A DNA stretch of 20,000 bases from IMG/VR virus record IMGVR_UViG_3300042261_000720. The stretch is one strand, 5' to 3'. The stretch is from an uncultured virus (IMG/VR IMGVR_UViG_3300042261_000720). Taxonomy: Duplodnaviria; Heunggongvirae; Uroviricota; Caudoviricetes. Under the pieces are notes generated by a model that ran no database searches, was not told where the DNA came from, and was given only the letters and a program-made list of their open reading frames with translations. How positions within the stretch are numbered: the first letter of the stretch is position 1; each line of letters opens with the position of its first letter. The position numbers and the translations under genes were made by a program. Of this stretch, positions 1 through 10,058 are shown piece after piece.

Positions 1-228
1 GAGAATGAGATTTTGAACTAACTGAACATTGTTAGTTTTATCCACAGCGAAAACATCATAAAGAATCACATCAGAATTCTTTACGTTGCCATCGTTTTGA
101 CCAAATACTTCACGAGGAGGAATCGAAAAATCATATCCCCGATGCCTGGCAATACCTTTTAATGAGGCATACTGAAACATTTGATTGGCAAGTCTACCAA
201 GATTTCCAATATTATTAAACGATAACAT
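1..228 (-). CDS. alpha-1,2-fucosyltransferase-like glycosyltransferase (GT11), N-terminal part, truncated by window edge
   Basis: Manual translation from ATG at 228: MLSFNNIGNLGRLANQMFQYASLKGIARHRGYDF...; GRLxNQMFQYA is the GT11 N-terminal motif. Not in the ORF track. Confidence 0.85.
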   Translation of the reverse strand, partial: MLSFNNIGNLGRLANQMFQYASLKGIARHRGYDFSIPPREVFGQNDGNVKNSDVILYDVFAVDKTNNVQLVQNLIL

Positions 229-231
229 TTT

Positions 232-1116
232 TCATTTAGAAATAATTTTTCCAATAGTGTTTACTGCACCATCCCAAGAAAGATAGTTATTGTAGCAGTA
301 CTGCCCATATTCTAGCATATCTTTGTATTCACCGCTCTGAATAAGTTGATCAACCTTAGCAGGAATATGGTGAATTTGATCAGGAGAAATCATCAAGCAA
401 AGTTTGTTCCAATTAATGTATTCTCTAAAAGGCAACCAAAATTGATCACTAATATAAATTGGAATACAACCCATCTGAATCGTTTCATAAAATCTGAAAG
501 ATGCAGGACCATAACCACGAGGGCACAATCCAAAAATAGAATCACTCAAAAGAGTTCTAAAAGTATCAACATCTTCTTGAGAAATTGCTGCTGAAGAAGT
601 ATCATAAAGATTATAACCCTCAACATTACTCAGAGTATCAAACATTTTTTCTCTCAGTTCATGAGTGCGTCTTCCACAAAAAACAACTTTATATTGCTTG
701 TTCTCATTCTCAATCAAAGGATGAGGATCACAAAGAAGAGGAATGGGTTCATAGACAGAATTCTCACCAATAGGAGAACTAAAACTACCAGATGCAGCAA
801 AAATTTTACAATTTGGAAGTTCTATAAGAGTTCCACCATCATACTGAACAACGGTAAAAAATTTCTCATTAGGTAATTGTTCAACAACATGAGAATAAAA
901 AGTAATCAGTGGTTGTACATTTTTGCCATATCCGTTCAGAAGGTGATATGCAGTCCACTGAATAGGAAGATAAATGTAATCACTATCAATATTCTGTAAA
1001 TTTTGACTAAAAAAATTATAACAATGTTTTTCAATCAAAGGATTATTCCCCTGATGTGGGGGATAAATCATATTCATCTCAGGTAAAAAACCCTGAGGAA
1101 TCTCAAGCATTCGCAT
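232..1116 (-). CDS. exostosin-like glycosyltransferase (GT47)
   Basis: C-terminal motif SIFGLCPRGYGPASFRFYETIQMGCIPIYISDQFWLPF..INW is typical of exostosin/GT47. Confidence 0.8.
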   Translation of the reverse strand: MRMLEIPQGFLPEMNMIYPPHQGNNPLIEKHCYNFFSQNLQNIDSDYIYLPIQWTAYHLLNGYGKNVQPLITFYSHVVEQLPNEKFFTVVQYDGGTLIELPNCKIFAASGSFSSPIGENSVYEPIPLLCDPHPLIENENKQYKVVFCGRRTHELREKMFDTLSNVEGYNLYDTSSAAISQEDVDTFRTLLSDSIFGLCPRGYGPASFRFYETIQMGCIPIYISDQFWLPFREYINWNKLCLMISPDQIHHIPAKVDQLIQSGEYKDMLEYGQYCYNNYLSWDGAVNTIGKIISK

Positions 1117-2053
1117 TTTTAATCATCTCCTCATACATATGTGATGCTGCACCAGCAGCGTGTCCTGTCATGCTCCAAAAACTATCCACTCTAAGACGAT
1201 GATAATAATAAAGATCTGGAAGAATTTGGAATTTACCTTGATTAGTTAACCAGTAATATGAAAAAGCAATAACATCAGCAGCATGAGGTTCTACAGTGGG
1301 ATCCTCAACTGCTTTAAGTAAAGAATCAACATAATGGTCTCTATTAACAAAAAAGTTTCCAGTATTTAAAAATCCATTTACACCTAAACCAACTCCGACT
1401 TTAGATGACAGTTCCGTTTCCAAATCAAAAAAGTTTTGTATTCCTTTGAGATCAAAAGGTTCATACCCAAAGCGACGATGATTCCAATCATCCCAAGCAC
1501 GATATCCTTCTTTTCTTTCCATAATTGGAACACTTGGGCAATAACAAGTTTTATTGTCCCACTCACCAATATTATAAAGAGCGGATATACTACCGTCAAC
1601 TAAAAAGTTATCACTGTCCAACAAATATACCCATTCATTTTTTGATTCTTTAACTACTTTAAACTTGTTTCGGAATCCACCAAGATTTTTTTTATTTCTA
1701 ATTACTTTAATTTTTTTAGATTGCTTACTGACATCTTTAGCAGTGAGAAGATAAATTGATGCTGCTGCACCATGAATATCCTCAGGAGCTTCTACAGTAT
1801 GCTTTATAGAAGTATCAAAATAATCCGCTAAGTTATAGTCACTGATTAATCTAAAATTAGGATCATAACTAATCTTATATCCATTTAGAAGAAAAGAAAT
1901 AGACTCAAGTAAAGCATAATATTCTTCGTCAGAAGATCGATCATCACAAATCAATATTTCATCAACACGATCATCAAATAATGGCATTCTAATAGCATCT
2001 TCGAGATAATTAATGCTATTGTAAAAAGGAATTGCAACAGTAATATTTTTCAT
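1103..2053 (-). CDS. glycosyltransferase family 2 (GT-A fold)
   Basis: ITVAIPFYN, ILICDDRS, RNKKNLGG and LLDSD (DxD) motifs. Start placed at 2053 because of the ATGA overlap with the upstream stop. Confidence 0.85.
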   Translation of the reverse strand: MKNITVAIPFYNSINYLEDAIRMPLFDDRVDEILICDDRSSDEEYYALLESISFLLNGYKISYDPNFRLISDYNLADYFDTSIKHTVEAPEDIHGAAASIYLLTAKDVSKQSKKIKVIRNKKNLGGFRNKFKVVKESKNEWVYLLDSDNFLVDGSISALYNIGEWDNKTCYCPSVPIMERKEGYRAWDDWNHRRFGYEPFDLKGIQNFFDLETELSSKVGVGLGVNGFLNTGNFFVNRDHYVDSLLKAVEDPTVEPHAADVIAFSYYWLTNQGKFQILPDLYYYHRLRVDSFWSMTGHAAGAASHMYEEMIKNANA

Positions 2054-2877
2054 GAAAGGCAAGTGTCGAGCAGCATTTTATAATATTCGACTTCTGTATC
2101 TGGACAGGATTCCAATGAATAATGTGGATTGATTTTACATTCGGAATAAGTTTTAGTTGCTCCGATCCACTGACCCATTATTAGATTCCTTTCATTGAGA
2201 TATTTTTGTTTAATACAATACTCAATATCACCAACCCTATTACCAAAAACAGAAATTTTTCCAGGATGACGAGATGAGATGGAAGATGGTTCAGGATATC
2301 TTAAAGGCATCTTAAGAGATCCAATAATTCTTGCACCAGTTGACTTAATATAATCAGATCCCATCAACTCAAATTGCCAAGGATTTCCAACTCTAGATAA
2401 AACATCAATTAAAAATTGGCGACGCCAGATACATAATTGAGTTGTAGCGGAATAGTTCGCTTCTTTTTTAAGAACATATACATGGTCATCAAGCATTTCA
2501 TAATCAGATACTCGATAAGAAGGACTGATTCCCAGTTTTGCTGCACCAATAGAATAGTCATCTTCCATATAATCTAAAAGATCATGATATGCATCAAGAT
2601 CTATAAAATTACTTAAGAGATAATCATCAAGACCAAAAATAATAAAGTCATCACTAACTCTTGACAGGTAATCTACAAGATATTTTGACCAGGAATCTGG
2701 ACCGCCTTTCTGATCATCATCGAGAGCAATATAAGATCCAGCAACTAATTCACCAATATAATCACCATAGTTGAGAAAGAAAAAATCAAACTCACCTGGC
2801 ATATACTTATTAAACAAATAAGAACTGGCAGCAAGAATTTTCTTACTGCCTTCATATCCCACTAGAATGGTTTTCAT
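2050..2877 (-). CDS. hypothetical protein, probable GT-A-like glycosyltransferase
   Basis: 275-aa ORF inside the sugar island; FIIFGLDDYLL acidic motif after a beta-strand, QLCIWRR and PWQFELMGS. Confidence 0.5.
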   Translation of the reverse strand: MKTILVGYEGSKKILAASSYLFNKYMPGEFDFFFLNYGDYIGELVAGSYIALDDDQKGGPDSWSKYLVDYLSRVSDDFIIFGLDDYLLSNFIDLDAYHDLLDYMEDDYSIGAAKLGISPSYRVSDYEMLDDHVYVLKKEANYSATTQLCIWRRQFLIDVLSRVGNPWQFELMGSDYIKSTGARIIGSLKMPLRYPEPSSISSRHPGKISVFGNRVGDIEYCIKQKYLNERNLIMGQWIGATKTYSECKINPHYSLESCPDTEVEYYKMLLDTCLS

Positions 2878-3734
2878 ACCAACTCCATGATCTCCTCAAT
2901 AGTAAATCTCTCTACTTCAGAAGAATCTGGACCATCTTCTAAAATCATTTCGTGTAAGTTTTCACCAGGTTGCAGTCCAATTGTCTTAACTTTATGAGTC
3001 TCACCTTTTGGATGATACTTGCGAATCATTGCTTCCAAAAGATTGCCAACTGACATTGACTTCATCTCAGGAACATAAGGTTTGGAATCTTCGGCATCAT
3101 TTAAGCAATCAAAAATAAGATCAATTGCCTGATCAACAGTCCAATAGAAACGAGTTGCTTCAGGATCAGTGATAATTACTTCCTCATCGTTCTGAAGACG
3201 ATCTTTCCACTTACAAAGAACAGATCCAGTAGAGTACAGAACATTACCGTAACGAACAGTTCTATACTTAGTACCAGGATTCATTCTCTCATAATCAGTG
3301 AACAAACGTTCGTGAAGAAGTTTACTAGCGCCATAAACACCACTTACTTGTGCTGCCTTATCAGTACTAATACCAAGAATAAACTCAATCGGATACTTAC
3401 GAGTCAATTCCAAAATGTTTAGAGTACCATTGACGTTACCAAGAACACACTCCCGAACATTTTGTTCTGCCAAACCAACGTGCTTAAAAGCAGCAAGATG
3501 GAAAATAGCATCTACACCTTGCACTGCTTTTTCTGCACAATAGGGATCAGCAATGTCCCCAGGAATAATCTTAACGAATGGGAACTTCTCTTTGAGAGCT
3601 ACAAGTTTTCCTTCGTTACGAGAAATGGTTACAATGTTGGTACATCCTGCTGCCCAAAGACGAGCAATCAGTTCTTGCCCAAGAAATCCAGCACCACCAG
3701 TAACAAGATAGGTTTTGTTTTTATCTAGAATCAT
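2874..3734 (-). CDS. UDP-GlcNAc 4,6-dehydratase-like (PseB/FlaA1/CapD family) SDR
   Basis: TGGAGFLG, HLAAFKHV, ISTDKA, YGASK, VRYGNVLYSTGSV, TRF and GLQPGENLHE motifs. Start placed at 3734 (ATGA overlap). Confidence 0.85.
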   Translation of the reverse strand: MILDKNKTYLVTGGAGFLGQELIARLWAAGCTNIVTISRNEGKLVALKEKFPFVKIIPGDIADPYCAEKAVQGVDAIFHLAAFKHVGLAEQNVRECVLGNVNGTLNILELTRKYPIEFILGISTDKAAQVSGVYGASKLLHERLFTDYERMNPGTKYRTVRYGNVLYSTGSVLCKWKDRLQNDEEVIITDPEATRFYWTVDQAIDLIFDCLNDAEDSKPYVPEMKSMSVGNLLEAMIRKYHPKGETHKVKTIGLQPGENLHEMILEDGPDSSEVERFTIEEIMELV

Positions 3735-4468
3735 TTTACTCTCCAAATCGTCAAACTTTCACGCCACCAAAAATAAAACTTTTTATAGGAATAAGACTGT
3801 CTTAAAAATGCATCAGTCTTTTCTTTATCTAATTCGAATCCCCAAGCATTCATTAGTTTTTCTACATCATATGTAGGCAATGGACTGATGTGCTGTGGAG
3901 GAGCATCAAGTGGGGGATAAGTGCTGCTCCAAGTAAGAATGAGATATTTTCCAGTCAACTTCTTTAAGTTATCAAGGAATACATCCAAGTATTTTGGATC
4001 TACGTGCTCAGCAACTTCAGTACAGTTAACCAAATCAAACTTTAACTCTTCCTCAAATGGATCACGAATATCAAAGATGTTAATACATTCTTTGACTTCA
4101 TCATCAGCATTATCTTTCTGGTACTCGAAATATTCGATACCACAAGCATTTGCACAGTCTAGCATATTATAGACCAAATGACCAGTCGAGCATCCAATAT
4201 CACAAAAACTCTCAATCTCATCCATATTAAAAGTTGAGAGAATGCACTTATAAAACTCATCATAAGGAGAAGAATCCTCCCTAAGTTCCAACTCAGGAGG
4301 ATACATTATATCAATATCAATTTTGCCATCATCTTTAAAAGAAAGACGTGGATTACGCTCAAGAATATGAGGATCAAGTACAGAATGGTTTTTTCCAATC
4401 ACACTGGAAATGCGATCATTCCAAGATAAAAAGTGTTCGTAAAATTGTTCGATCGTTCTCTCAGTCAT
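3731..4468 (-). CDS. class I SAM-dependent methyltransferase
   Basis: FCDIGCSTG (motif I), FDIR, and FDLVNCTEVAEHV. Confidence 0.85.
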   Translation of the reverse strand: MTERTIEQFYEHFLSWNDRISSVIGKNHSVLDPHILERNPRLSFKDDGKIDIDIMYPPELELREDSSPYDEFYKCILSTFNMDEIESFCDIGCSTGHLVYNMLDCANACGIEYFEYQKDNADDEVKECINIFDIRDPFEEELKFDLVNCTEVAEHVDPKYLDVFLDNLKKLTGKYLILTWSSTYPPLDAPPQHISPLPTYDVEKLMNAWGFELDKEKTDAFLRQSYSYKKFYFWWRESLTIWRVK

Positions 4469-5328
4469 TCTCTTTCCAACAAAATGTGATTTCCTTTACC
4501 TTCATATGCCAGATAATCAACACCTTCATAAAGAGGTGGTTCATCAATTTGATAATTTGTCCAATCACCAAAGTATGGACGATTGATATCAATGATTCCA
4601 GCGATAGCATCAATTGCAGATCCAACATCCAAGAATACAGCATCAGTATAATTCTTAAGACGATGGATCAGACCAGACTTGGAATGTCCAACTCCCATCA
4701 AGAAAATCTTAGATGAAGAATTAATTAGTTGCTCACCAACCATCTTTTCGGTGGCATCAATATCATCACAAGCAAATCGTTGAGGAAGAGAAATATAATC
4801 CTCAAACTTTTCGAGTCCAAGATATTCCTGATACTGAGGTGCTTCCATCAGATTCTCAATGATTTTCATTTTACGATCAGCACCAATCAAACCAATCTTT
4901 CCAGCAAAAGTTTTCAGTAGCCACTTATTAGCAACCAACCCGTAACCATACTCAGCAGGAAAGTCAATATTAATGCCTGGAAGAACCTCCTTAAAACGTT
5001 CACGATTTTCAGGGTAAATCTCACAAGTGTAGTAATCGCACTTTGTAGCACCTTCTACGAATGCCTGGTGATCAATCTGAGCATATGACTTACTCAGTGC
5101 TCTACGACCAGGAGCAGCACTACCAATACCTTCTTTCTTTAGGAAAAAGTAATCCCCATCACCAAACTTATAGAAAGTAGAAGATGCTCCACCATCTACA
5201 AGTTCTACAAGAAGAGATTTAAATTTCTCAAGATCTTCCTGGAAAGTTGGAAAAGTTTCCGAATTACCAAAGCAAGGATGAGTATCTAGATTAGTAGACT
5301 CTTCGATTTTATAAAGATCCAAATACAT
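4465..5328 (-). CDS. hypothetical protein, possible GT-D fold (DUF1792-like) glycosyltransferase
   Basis: FYKFGDGD resembles the GT-D RFGDGE motif; C-terminal FLDVGSAID resembles the xIDIGHxD motif. Confidence 0.5.
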   Translation of the reverse strand: MYLDLYKIEESTNLDTHPCFGNSETFPTFQEDLEKFKSLLVELVDGGASSTFYKFGDGDYFFLKKEGIGSAAPGRRALSKSYAQIDHQAFVEGATKCDYYTCEIYPENRERFKEVLPGINIDFPAEYGYGLVANKWLLKTFAGKIGLIGADRKMKIIENLMEAPQYQEYLGLEKFEDYISLPQRFACDDIDATEKMVGEQLINSSSKIFLMGVGHSKSGLIHRLKNYTDAVFLDVGSAIDAIAGIIDINRPYFGDWTNYQIDEPPLYEGVDYLAYEGKGNHILLERE

Positions 5329-5329
5329 A

Positions 5330-6502
5330 TCAGTCCTCCGTTACAATAGTGCCGTGATAAACTGCTCTCTTACCATCGTAAGAAGAGATACGCTTTTCAC
5401 CATAGTATTCCTTTACCCAATAGATCACATAATCAATATCTTCTTGTGTCATACCAGGATGGCAAGGAAGACTCAGCAATTTCTGCCATTCACGATCTGC
5501 AACAGGATAATCACGATTCTGTTTTACAACACTGTACTTATGCAGTGGTTTAAAGTGAACGCTTGTATGAATCTTCTTATCTGCAAGATAATCAATCATA
5601 TCACTACGTTCAGCAGCAGGAACACGAGCACAATAATACTGAACAGTTTCTGACCAAGCAGGAGTACGAATCAGACCCTCAAGACCTTCGTTATAGCACT
5701 TCTGAATATGACGACGCCACTCAAGATTCTTAGGTAGTTTCTTCATCTGCTCCAAGCAAATGGCAGCAGAAAGATCAATCATATAGCACTTGTAACCAAG
5801 AACATCAACCTCATAATCCCAAGAATAACCAGGTTTGCCAGTCAGTCCATCATCCTTACGAACACGAGAATAGGTGCTGCTGATACCCAACCAAGTCATA
5901 GGAACAAGTTTTTCATACAGTTCCTTATCATTGGTAGTAATCATTCCACCATCACCACAAGGCATTGTCTTTACTGCCTGGAATGACCACACAACAACAT
6001 CACCCTTAGTTCCAGCACCAGGAGTGTAGCAACTATGAGCACAGTCTTCCAAAATGAATCCATCATAGAACTTACGGATTTCATCAATGGGCGCAGGAGT
6101 TCCTGCGTGATTTACAGCGATAATTGCTTTCGTATCTGGACGAAGACTTTTACGCACATCTTCAGGATCCAAACACAAAGTATCTTCCAGAACATCGACA
6201 ATATTGGAAGTGCAGTTATTCCAAAGAGGAACAACAGCAGTTGTCATAAAAGAAATGGTAGGATTGATGATATCACAATCTTTGATGCCCAGTGCTTTCA
6301 GAACAAGATCCTGACCAGTGGTGGCACTATTGACTGCAACAGCATACTTTGCACCGACCATCTCGGCAAATTTCTTTTCGAACTCGGCAACCTTAGGTCC
6401 CTTTCCCCACCATCCACTCTCAATAGATTCTCTCAGAGAGTTAAGTTCTTCTTCACCACCAACAGGGCGAAGAACAGGAAGCATAGTATCACGAATTTTC
6501 AT
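5330..6502 (-). CDS. DegT/DnrJ/EryC1/StrS PLP-dependent sugar aminotransferase
   Basis: GPKVAEFE, AVNSAT, EDCAHS, SFQAVKTM (PLP lysine), GDGGMITTND, and LSLPCHPGM. Confidence 0.93.
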   Translation of the reverse strand: MKIRDTMLPVLRPVGGEEELNSLRESIESGWWGKGPKVAEFEKKFAEMVGAKYAVAVNSATTGQDLVLKALGIKDCDIINPTISFMTTAVVPLWNNCTSNIVDVLEDTLCLDPEDVRKSLRPDTKAIIAVNHAGTPAPIDEIRKFYDGFILEDCAHSCYTPGAGTKGDVVVWSFQAVKTMPCGDGGMITTNDKELYEKLVPMTWLGISSTYSRVRKDDGLTGKPGYSWDYEVDVLGYKCYMIDLSAAICLEQMKKLPKNLEWRRHIQKCYNEGLEGLIRTPAWSETVQYYCARVPAAERSDMIDYLADKKIHTSVHFKPLHKYSVVKQNRDYPVADREWQKLLSLPCHPGMTQEDIDYVIYWVKEYYGEKRISSYDGKRAVYHGTIVTED

Positions 6503-6515
6503 TTAAATCCTCCTA

Positions 6516-7217
6516 TCAGCAAACGTGAAAATTGTTAACATCAAGAACCTTTCGGTTTCTTTCCCAGTCATTACGAACCATACCCAACCATTTTAACCAT
6601 TCATACTCAAGTTTATTTTCATTGACAAAATTATAAAGAAGTTGTTCTGATCCAACACTTTGAGAAGAATCAGTTTCCATATAGTTTATAGCATAATTTG
6701 CATAATCAAGCATAACAGAGGCATTCATCGAGAAAAACATATCATTATAAAGTCCTTGCTTATGACTCTCTACAAACTTACCATTTAGAAATGCAAAGTC
6801 TGGATTTGATAGAAGTGCTTGTTTCTCTAGTCTTTCTGTTCTCTCAAAAACGTATGGGCAAGTGAAGAAACGTCTTGCCGTGATGTAAGAAATATTCTTA
6901 TAATTATCTAGGTCAGTTTCGTCAAGGGCAGTTTTGAGCATCAACAACTCACCCATACCTTTATTCTTTGTTCCAATATTTCCTTCACTTCCAGTGACAC
7001 ACATTTCCTCTTCCGAAAGAAATTCTCTCAATTCATCATTCCGAATCTCTTCAGGATCATTAATAGTATTCTCACAGATTAATAGATCAAAAGAATCTGG
7101 AAGAACTCGTTTAAGTTGCTTGAGACAGATCAGATACTCTTCTTCTCTAGCATCATTAACCTCATCAGATAACTGAACAGGTCGCAAGGAACAAAATCCA
7201 AGTGCTAAATGTTTCAT
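6516..7217 (-). CDS. hypothetical protein (sugar island)
   Basis: 233-aa ORF downstream of an internal promoter; NKGMGE motif; no confident family. Confidence 0.7.
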   Translation of the reverse strand: MKHLALGFCSLRPVQLSDEVNDAREEEYLICLKQLKRVLPDSFDLLICENTINDPEEIRNDELREFLSEEEMCVTGSEGNIGTKNKGMGELLMLKTALDETDLDNYKNISYITARRFFTCPYVFERTERLEKQALLSNPDFAFLNGKFVESHKQGLYNDMFFSMNASVMLDYANYAINYMETDSSQSVGSEQLLYNFVNENKLEYEWLKWLGMVRNDWERNRKVLDVNNFHVC

Positions 7218-7233
7218 ACAAAAAGACAGTTTT

Positions 7234-8085
7234 TTACATTATATCAGGAAGATGGTCAAAGCACAAGTAGTCAAGACCATCCTGCAAAGGTATGGATACT
7301 TGGAATCCTAATAAACGTAATTTATTAACATTTAGAGTAAAATTCTTTGCCTGAACTCTTCGATAAAATTCTGGTGTTTCCACAGAAATAATTTCACTCT
7401 TACTAAGAAGCATTTGTTTTGCAAGAAGAATAATCTCACGATAAAGTTCGGGAGATCCTGCACCAATATTATAAATCGAATTTAGTTCTCCCTTGTCCAT
7501 TACTGTTCTAATTGCACGTGACACATCCTCAACGTGCATATAATCCCGATAATACTCACCATTATCATAAAGAGTAATTGGTTTATCTTCCTTAAGAAGA
7601 TTCACCATATGACCCAAAACATTCTTTGTATTTGATTGCGTTTTATCGTGACCGTAAATACTAGCACTACGAATAATGCGATATTTTACATCAAAAGTTT
7701 CACAAAAAGAAACAAGCAATTGTTCTGCTGCTCTTTTTGTGATTGAGTAAAATCCTTTTGGGTCACAAGGATCAGTTTCTTTAGAATCTAAAATATCATT
7801 ACCATATACAAATCCAGTGCTGATGTAATTAAAAACGGTATCCGTGTTCTTACAATACTCAAGAACTTCCATCAAAACATTCAGATTTGTATTAATATCT
7901 AAATGCAAATCATCAAATACGTTGTAATTACTGGTTGTACTTAAAAAATAAACAATGTTATTTGATTGTGGTTGTCTTTCCTCACGAGGAATCACAATTA
8001 CATCATCGGAATAAAGACGAGAAAAAACACTGCCAACGAATCCTGTGCCACCATAAACTGAAATTTTATCAGGCATATTTCTCAC
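7234..8085 (-). CDS. NAD-dependent epimerase/dehydratase (extended SDR, WcaG-like)
   Basis: GGTGFVG, YISTGFVYG, YSITK (YxxxK), RDYMHVEDV, and YNIGAG. Confidence 0.88.
   Translation of the reverse strand: MRNMPDKISVYGGTGFVGSVFSRLYSDDVIVIPREERQPQSNNIVYFLSTTSNYNVFDDLHLDINTNLNVLMEVLEYCKNTDTVFNYISTGFVYGNDILDSKETDPCDPKGFYSITKRAAEQLLVSFCETFDVKYRIIRSASIYGHDKTQSNTKNVLGHMVNLLKEDKPITLYDNGEYYRDYMHVEDVSRAIRTVMDKGELNSIYNIGAGSPELYREIILLAKQMLLSKSEIISVETPEFYRRVQAKNFTLNVNKLRLLGFQVSIPLQDGLDYLCFDHLPDIM
7238..7266 (-). promoter_or_regulatory. sigma70-type internal promoter (extended -10)
   Basis: Minus strand TTGTGC-N17-TATAAT with TGn directly before the -10, about 20 nt upstream of the 7217 start. Confidence 0.5.
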
Positions 8086-8614
8086 AATCTTTTAGAGTTT
8101 TTCCTTCAGCATCTTTTAGAGAAAGAAGAGGTTCACCATCGATCTTCCACTCAATTCCCAGTTCAGGATCATTCCAGAGAAGAGTTCTTTCATTTTCAGG
8201 ACTATACTCATTCGTAACTTTATAAAAAAATTGAGTATCATCTTCCAGAGCAAGAAACCCGTGAGCAAATCCAGGAGGAGTCCACAGAGAAAGGTTATTT
8301 TTATCAGTCAATGTAATCGAAAAATGCTGCCCAAAAGTTTTTGAGGATTGGCGAAGATCAACAATTACATCCTGAACAGCACCGCGAACAATTCTCACAA
8401 GTTTACCTTGTGGTTTTTTAATCTGATAGTGCAAACCTCTTAGTACATTTTTCTTGGAACAAGACAAATTATCCTGATAAAAATCTGCGTGAAAATCAGT
8501 GACTTCACGAAACTTTTTTAGATTAAATGGAACAGAAAAGTATCCTCGATCATCTTTGTATTGATTGATCTCAAAAATCCAAGCGCCACTCAGTTTAGTT
8601 TCTACTGCTTTCAT
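8069..8614 (-). CDS. rmlC: dTDP-4-dehydrorhamnose 3,5-epimerase
   Basis: DDRGYF, QDNLSCS, VLRGLHYQ, QGKLVR, DVIVDLR, and PPGFAHGF. Confidence 0.95.
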   Translation of the reverse strand: MKAVETKLSGAWIFEINQYKDDRGYFSVPFNLKKFREVTDFHADFYQDNLSCSKKNVLRGLHYQIKKPQGKLVRIVRGAVQDVIVDLRQSSKTFGQHFSITLTDKNNLSLWTPPGFAHGFLALEDDTQFFYKVTNEYSPENERTLLWNDPELGIEWKIDGEPLLSLKDAEGKTLKDCEKYA

Positions 8615-9521
8615 ACCACTCAATCGTTTTTCTAAGTCCGTGTTCTAAAGAATACAATGGAGACCAGAACAACGTATCTCTAATCTTTGAGATATCCGTT
8701 GAGTACCTACGGTCGTGTCCTGGTCTGTCCTGAACGTATTCTATCATATCTTCACCCCTACCCATCAAATGTAAGATTTTTTTAACAAGGTCAATATTTC
8801 TGATCTCACACTCACCACCAACATTATACTTCTCACCGCTTATTCCATCTTTCCAAACTTTAATCAATGCAGTGCAATGATCATGAACATACAACCAATC
8901 TCTTACTTGCAGTCCATCACCATATACAGGAATCTTTTTCCCATCTAAGATATTCAGAATTGTTTGTGGAATGAACTTTTCTTTATACTGTCTTGGTCCA
9001 TAATTATTAGAACAATTTGTAATATTGACTGGCAACCCGTGAGTATGATGATATGCCATTACAAAATGATCACTTGCTGCTTTAGATGCAGAATATGGAT
9101 TTCTTGGATTATAGATTGTGTTTTCAGTAAAAGATCCATAATCTATAGATCCATAAACCTCATCAGTCGAGATGTGAATAAACTTATCCACTCCATACTT
9201 AAGAGCAAGGTTTAAAATATTTACTGTCCCATTAACATTTGTATGAACAAATGGAAGAGAATCTTTGATCGAATTATCTACGTGACTTTCTGCAGCAAAG
9301 TGAAAAATAGTTTTAATTTTGTGCCTGGAAAAAATATAATCGCAAGCAGACTTGGAAGCAATATCTATTGTATAAAGTTTAACAGGATTTGGAATATAGT
9401 GCCAGTCTGCCGCATAAGTAAGTTTATCAATACAAACTATTTCTTCGTCAGTAACTTTAACTAGATGATGGAGAAAATTGCTTCCGATAAATCCTGCCCC
9501 ACCCGTGACTAATATGCTCAT
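8595..9521 (-). CDS. rmlB: dTDP-glucose 4,6-dehydratase
   Basis: TGGAGFIGSN, DKLTYA, HFAAESHVDNSI, HISTDEVYG, PYSASKA, CSNNYGP, RDWLYV, and DRPGHDRRY. Confidence 0.96.
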   Translation of the reverse strand: MSILVTGGAGFIGSNFLHHLVKVTDEEIVCIDKLTYAADWHYIPNPVKLYTIDIASKSACDYIFSRHKIKTIFHFAAESHVDNSIKDSLPFVHTNVNGTVNILNLALKYGVDKFIHISTDEVYGSIDYGSFTENTIYNPRNPYSASKAASDHFVMAYHHTHGLPVNITNCSNNYGPRQYKEKFIPQTILNILDGKKIPVYGDGLQVRDWLYVHDHCTALIKVWKDGISGEKYNVGGECEIRNIDLVKKILHLMGRGEDMIEYVQDRPGHDRRYSTDISKIRDTLFWSPLYSLEHGLRKTIEWYESSRN

Positions 9522-10009
9522 TTTTGACCGTACTTTTCTAAAAGTTCTGGAGAATACTGTAGAATATCTTTGATGTCTTTTTCTTCTCTTTTTGCTTTCT
9601 CAAGTTCGTAAACTCTATTTCTAAGTTCTGTAGTTGAGTATTGGTGTCTTCTCAAATGGTAATAGATTTCGATATCATTATCAATACAATACTGTTTACC
9701 AGTAAAATCAATATCTTTATATTCTTCACTCAAAAATCTAATATGAAAAGTCTGAGTTTTGATTAGATTGAGAAGATCTGCTTCCGTATCATAAACAAGA
9801 ATCTCATCCACATATTTACACCCCTGCACTTGAGCATATCTCTCATAAATGGATTGCACTGGTTTATTTTTTAAACTAGGTCTATCAATTGTCGGATCGA
9901 CCTGAAGTGCTACTTTTAAATAGTCACACATCTCTTTTTCCATCTTGAGCATTGTAACGTGCCCAGCATGAAAAAGATCAAAGCAACTACAATTAAAACC
10001 GATCTTCAT
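9518..10009 (-). CDS. cytidylyltransferase-like nucleotidyltransferase (TagD/glycerol-3-phosphate CT family)
   Basis: FDLFHAGH (HxGH), ER..V..CKYVDE, and R.H.YSTT motifs. Confidence 0.85.
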   Translation of the reverse strand: MKIGFNCSCFDLFHAGHVTMLKMEKEMCDYLKVALQVDPTIDRPSLKNKPVQSIYERYAQVQGCKYVDEILVYDTEADLLNLIKTQTFHIRFLSEEYKDIDFTGKQYCIDNDIEIYYHLRRHQYSTTELRNRVYELEKAKREEKDIKDILQYSPELLEKYGQK

Positions 10010-10029
10010 ATTAAAAGTACTTTTTTTAT

Positions 10030-10058
10030 ATTATACTAAAAAAGGACGGTTTATGCAA
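10030..10058 (-). promoter_or_regulatory. sigma70 promoter for the sugar island
   Basis: Minus strand TTGCAT-N17-TATAAT; overlaps the terminator hairpin. Confidence 0.75.

Noticed and set aside
346..9464. Numerous short plus-strand and alternate-frame ORFs in the sugar island
   Set aside because: All lie within well-supported minus-strand genes and lack motifs.
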